DNA from: Bugula neritina
Taxonomy: Eukaryota > Animalia > Bryozoa
Assembly (NCBI GenBank): GCA_964035545.1
Contig: OZ037766.1
Location: 22,866,767-22,930,766 of the forward strand
DNA: 64,000 nucleotides
Direction of reading: 5' to 3'
Below, in pieces: positions 59,606 through 64,000 of this stretch. Below the pieces are notes generated by a model. That model was not told the DNA's origin, made no database searches, and saw only the letters and a list, made by a program, of their open reading frames with translations. Positions within the stretch are counted from its first letter, which is position 1. Every line of letters starts with the position of its first letter. The translations under genes were made by a program, and so were the position numbers.

Positions 59606-62600
59606 TTAAAAATCTTCATAATTAGCCTTAGGTTTTCCACTACCTCGTTTTAGAGGGGGTAGTCTCTGTTTCCCTAAGCTCTCAGGTGTATAGTCTAGGT
59701 CTAAAGCTGAAGGTAGAGATTTCTTCTTGCTAGACTTTGGCCTACAAAAAATGAGGTCATGACGATAATTGCAGATAGCAATAAAACTACATAATATAAA
59801 TATTATAAAATGTGAAGCTCATTATTGGTGACATGCAGTCATAGCTACAATTGACACTGAATTGGTTAGGTATAAAATATGAGAACAAAAATAAGTACAA
59901 CAAGAGAAAACAAATTCTCTATTTCATCCAGAAACAGTTATCATAGTTACAAAAAAAAACAAACGATTATATGACAAGAATAGCAATTTGTGTTTCTATT
60001 TTGTTTTTCTCATCAGAATGCTCTCATTTCAGGAATCCACGAATATGAAGGAAAAAAGAAAAAGATAGCATATACAATAATGAAATGAAGAGAAGAAATA
60101 GTAAATTTGTATTTGTTGATTTATAATTCTAACTTGACGGTGATTACACAGATTCTGGTAGTAAGTAGTTCAACAGCTAGTCAGTAAGGTTAGCTGTTAG
60201 AAAATTTGAGTTGCCAGTAGTTGCTCTATATTCATTTGCTGGTGACGGGGTGAGAATTGAAAGCCAGCAAACCGTTAAACAACCATATAACCTCTTGCAC
60301 CAATAGCGAAACTTTAAATTTAGCTAAAGTTGCTTTTTCTAATTACTAAAATACTACATGCAGTGACAAATACAATATATAGCATTACTCTAGAAATACC
60401 ACACACAAAAATTATATTACACTTGTACAGTTGTTATTGCTTACACTACATATTTACAGGCAGAAACATTTTGACATTGAATTTTTTTATATTATTCTGC
60501 AATATATGCATTATGAACTTATGTAATTACTCTTGAAAAGAACTTTTGTTAGTTTTAAAAAAAATTTCAGTTATTTACCAAATATTCTCGACGTCAAATT
60601 TTAAATTTATGCATTTTAAACTACTTGAGCAACTTATATTGCTAGCATCATTCTTTCACACACTAGAATTAGTTATTATAGATATATCCATAATAAAAAA
60701 CATGTAAAGATTCATCTTTTCTTTTAGTATTAGCATATAAAAATATAAGTTTACTACTTAAACACATGCAGATATTACTATAGGAATCCTGATATTCCTT
60801 GTCGTAGTGTTGAGTGTAAAAAAATTGTGTTATAAATATTTAATTGCCTTGAAATAAATAAACAAATTTAGGCCCAGATAGTGCTTATTTTCTTTCACCT
60901 GCCTACCATTCTACAATCTCACTGCACAATAAAAGCTTTCCGTCAGTCAGTTCAATATGTAGCTGACTGAATATGACTTTGGTAAACAGCAAGCTAGCTG
61001 CGAATTTTTCACCATTAAATTATTTTATGTCACAGTTGATTTAATTGTTTCAAGTTGAGTTTACATATTTTTGCACAACTATCACTAGAATATGTTAGTT
61101 GTCATCATCGACTAGGGGTGATGCGTATATCTGGATTTCACATGATTTAACAGAAAATATATAGCATTATCAGTGAAGTATCCATAAACCCCACTTTCCT
61201 GTGTAGAGAAACGGAGTTAGGAAAGTTAGAAGCTATGTAATGTTTATCACTTGGAATTGTCAAGCCAGCACTCTATTACATTGCTAAAATTTTATAAAGT
61301 TTATCACAATCAATATTAGACGTTAAGCTTTACGAAATTTTCACCGAATGATAAAATATAAAATACTAAAGCATGGCATTGTTATCAGAGACAGAGCAGA
61401 CAGACATTAAAGTTGGGAGTTAACATGATCAAAACGTCACACCAATTCACTCACTATTTCAAGTTTAGTTGGCTCTAAAAAATCAATATAGAAATGTGTT
61501 AATAATTTAAAGTAAGTATGAGTTGAATGACACCAACTAAGTATGCCAACTATAGCTTCCACGCTTAACATTATATTGTGAAAAGAGTTGGCAAGTTACA
61601 ATATCAATATCTGGTTAGTATTTAGTGCTATACAAAACACAAACATTTTGTATTAAAATAGCTTGCAATAACAAAAACATGCCCAATTTTATTGTTGCAG
61701 TTATATTTACATTTTATGATTTTTAGCAAAGCTTATATATACAAAAATTGATAAACTGCTCTTATTATTGAAGTGCTGTATCAACTCAGCTTGTACTTTG
61801 TAGAAGAAATGTAATGACACCAAACATCATTGAGTAGAAGCAGAAGAAATATTTGAGGTTGATTACTTGTTGAGTTCAAATTCTTATGACAAGGTTTGCC
61901 CAATCAGCATAATAAAATATTTGTTAAAAAATCATATTTGCAATCATAAAATCTTCCTAACTTATGGATACTTAATAAACATATTATAAAGTAAAATACA
62001 TAAAATATTGCCCACAAATGTAGTGTGGCATTTGGCAGCGTAGCCTATTAAAAACTAGCTGGCATAGTACATTGCAAATTCTGGAAGAGCATAAAAAATT
62101 ATACATATGACGTTTAACTGTAATAAGCAGAAGTATAATAATTATTAGAACAAACATGGGCAAGTTGATAGAGCAAACATGGGCAAGTTGATAGAGCAAA
62201 CATGGGCAAGTTGATAGAGTAAATGTAGACATGTTGATGGAGTAGATGTGACCATGTTGATGGAGCAGGTGTAGGCAAGTTAATAGAGCATTTAGGGTTG
62301 GTTGTAGAAGATGGGCAGCACAAAGAAATGAGAGATATTTAAGTTATAGAGATATGTTAACTTACCTATGATTGGTTGGCTCTTCTGGTAATGTAGCCAA
62401 TGAGCTGCCTTGATAGAGTGACACAGATCTGGCAATTCTTTCTTTCAACATACTTGCAGAGCTGCTGTTGAGACTAAAATATTATATACCACATCATTAT
62501 TGTTATGATTATTGAATAATTATAAAAGACATGTTCACAACTGCTCACAGAAACCGAGTTCTTTTCACATGCTTTTTCTAGCTATAAGAAAAGATTCATG

Positions 62601-64000
62601 CTGTAAAATACCAAAGCTGTTTAACACTAGATTAAATTATCTAGATTCCAGACTCTAATAGAGCATTAAAATACTTATTTAGTAGGATTGATGATGCGTG
62701 TTTGAAGAAATTCAGATGTACATTCAGAATAAGAAATTGAAAACTTTTGGCTAGCCAGACAAATAAAACCCAACTTCTATGTATGTATTTATCTGAATCT
62801 CACAAGAACAAGAGTAGGAACAAGGTACAAAACAATATAAAGACAATTGATTATGCTTAGTGTGGAACTAACTTGATGCATCTTCTTAGCAAGTGGCAAA
62901 TATACAGGTTATACTTTTATTAATACTAGAAATATCTTGAATATCAGTTTTATAAAATATTTTACGTTAAGTACTCGTTACAAGACAACAGAAAACACTT
63001 ACAGATCATGTTCATCTTCATCTACTTCCTGTGTGTTATCATGTAAAGTATTGATCAGTTCTTCAAGCTGCTTATCAGACTTTCCAGGAAGTAACAGTTT
63101 CAAACTCTCTTTCAACTCTGACCTTTTGAGCTTTCCCTGTTGAACCTAAATATGAATTATTAGCTCACCCTCATAAAGATACATATGCTTTCAAAAAAAG
63201 TGTAAAATTAAAAAAAACAAGTTGAATGTTTCAGCTAATTAATTACAATTACATTTTTATACATCAATTACAAATTACATTCAACTGCCTACTTGAAAAC
63301 ATGTAATTAATTACAACAAATTACAATTACAAATTACAATTACCCCAACCCTGATACGCACTAAATCATGGGGACGGGCGTGGCTTTCGCCGGCGTCGGC
63401 TCTCGCGGGCCGGCGTCGGCTTCGTTTGGCCTAAACGCACAGCATGGGTAAGGTAGTATCTTGGATAATTTTACAGATCTATTTTTAGGACAAAACGTTC
63501 AAACATCACAAACTGAAGTATGCAACTAATTAATATATAACTAACCAGACTGGCTACAAATCTCAACTCAAGTTCTTGAGTGAGTTTGGTCTTCTTAATA
63601 TTATGTTCCCTTCTTAGTTCTTCTAATGACTGACTAATCTCTTTCTCCATACGAATTCTGGAGGTAAACCAGATGTCATGTAACAGCAAATGATATTTAC
63701 TGGTTAAAGCAAAATTTGAAAGAGCAATTCTATTTATATTTACAAAAATATTTCACAAAGTGATAGTCTTCATTTTACACATGAATCATTAATAAAAAAA
63801 ACCTTAAGCCACGAAAAAAAAGTTTAGACAAATCAGAAACTAACACATAAAACCCCAAGAGATTAATATGCAAACAGTTCAATAATATGTGATCGATTGA
63901 TAAAAATAATAAAGACACGTAAATTACTAAAAAAATACTAACTTAAATTCTTCAATAGCGACGGATCTTTTGTGCATAATGGCAGCTTTTCGCAACTTGG
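59606..64000 (-). CDS. 3' exons of a coiled-coil protein, possibly EVC2/limbin-like; 5' part lies outside the window
   Basis: Phase-consistent exons >64000-63943, 63657-63546, 63145-63003, 62473-62366 and 59741-59606, giving ...ELELRFVASLVQQGKLKRSELKESLKLLLPGKSDKQLEELINTL...RLPPLKRGSGKPKANYEDF*. The gene itself is well supported; the EVC2 resemblance rests only on a recalled L..L...LP..S..QL..L pattern. Confidence 0.6.
62151..62290. repeat. 23-bp tandem repeat (CAAACATGGGCAAGTTGATAGAG x3, plus degenerate copies)
   Basis: Direct inspection. Confidence 0.85.
63236..63440. mobile_element. Probable transposon remnants: (AATTAC)n array ending CCCCAACCCTG, then a short GC-rich patch
   Basis: Subterminal-type hexamer array with a CAGGGTTGGGG end on the minus strand. 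Adjacent CpG-rich 70 bp contains duplicated GCCGGCGTCGGCT. Confidence 0.45.

Overview
AT-rich, intron-dense animal genomic DNA, probably an invertebrate (a lophotrochozoan is only a guess). Most ORF-track entries are exon fragments or spurious, so genes were rebuilt by hand from splice sites and reading phase. Eight protein-coding genes are present: an ankyrin-repeat protein (-, runs off the left edge), mitochondrial poly(A) polymerase-like (+), a PX-SH3-RhoGAP of the ARHGAP32/33 type (-), ubiquitin-RPL40 (+), cystathionine beta-synthase (-), the PP2A scaffold A subunit (+), a p24-alpha/TMED protein (+) and the 3' end of a coiled-coil, possibly EVC2-like, gene (-). The first six form three head-to-head pairs. 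Non-coding highlights: (1) 6-bp-periodic, locally palindromic AGT/ACT-rich tracts in the first introns flanking all three bidirectional promoters; (2) a 3.3-kb TIR element in a RhoGAP intron that carries the same tract and traces of its own spliced transcript; (3) a complete minimal type I hammerhead ribozyme beside a perfect 46-bp palindrome in TMED intron 1; (4) a triplicated in-frame 3' splice site in PP2A-A; (5) a 15-nt microexon in CBS; (6) two GC-AG introns; (7) a Harbinger-type MITE, two copies of a tRNA-derived SINE and several intronic minisatellites that spell splice signals. Family assignments come from recalled motifs; no searches were run.
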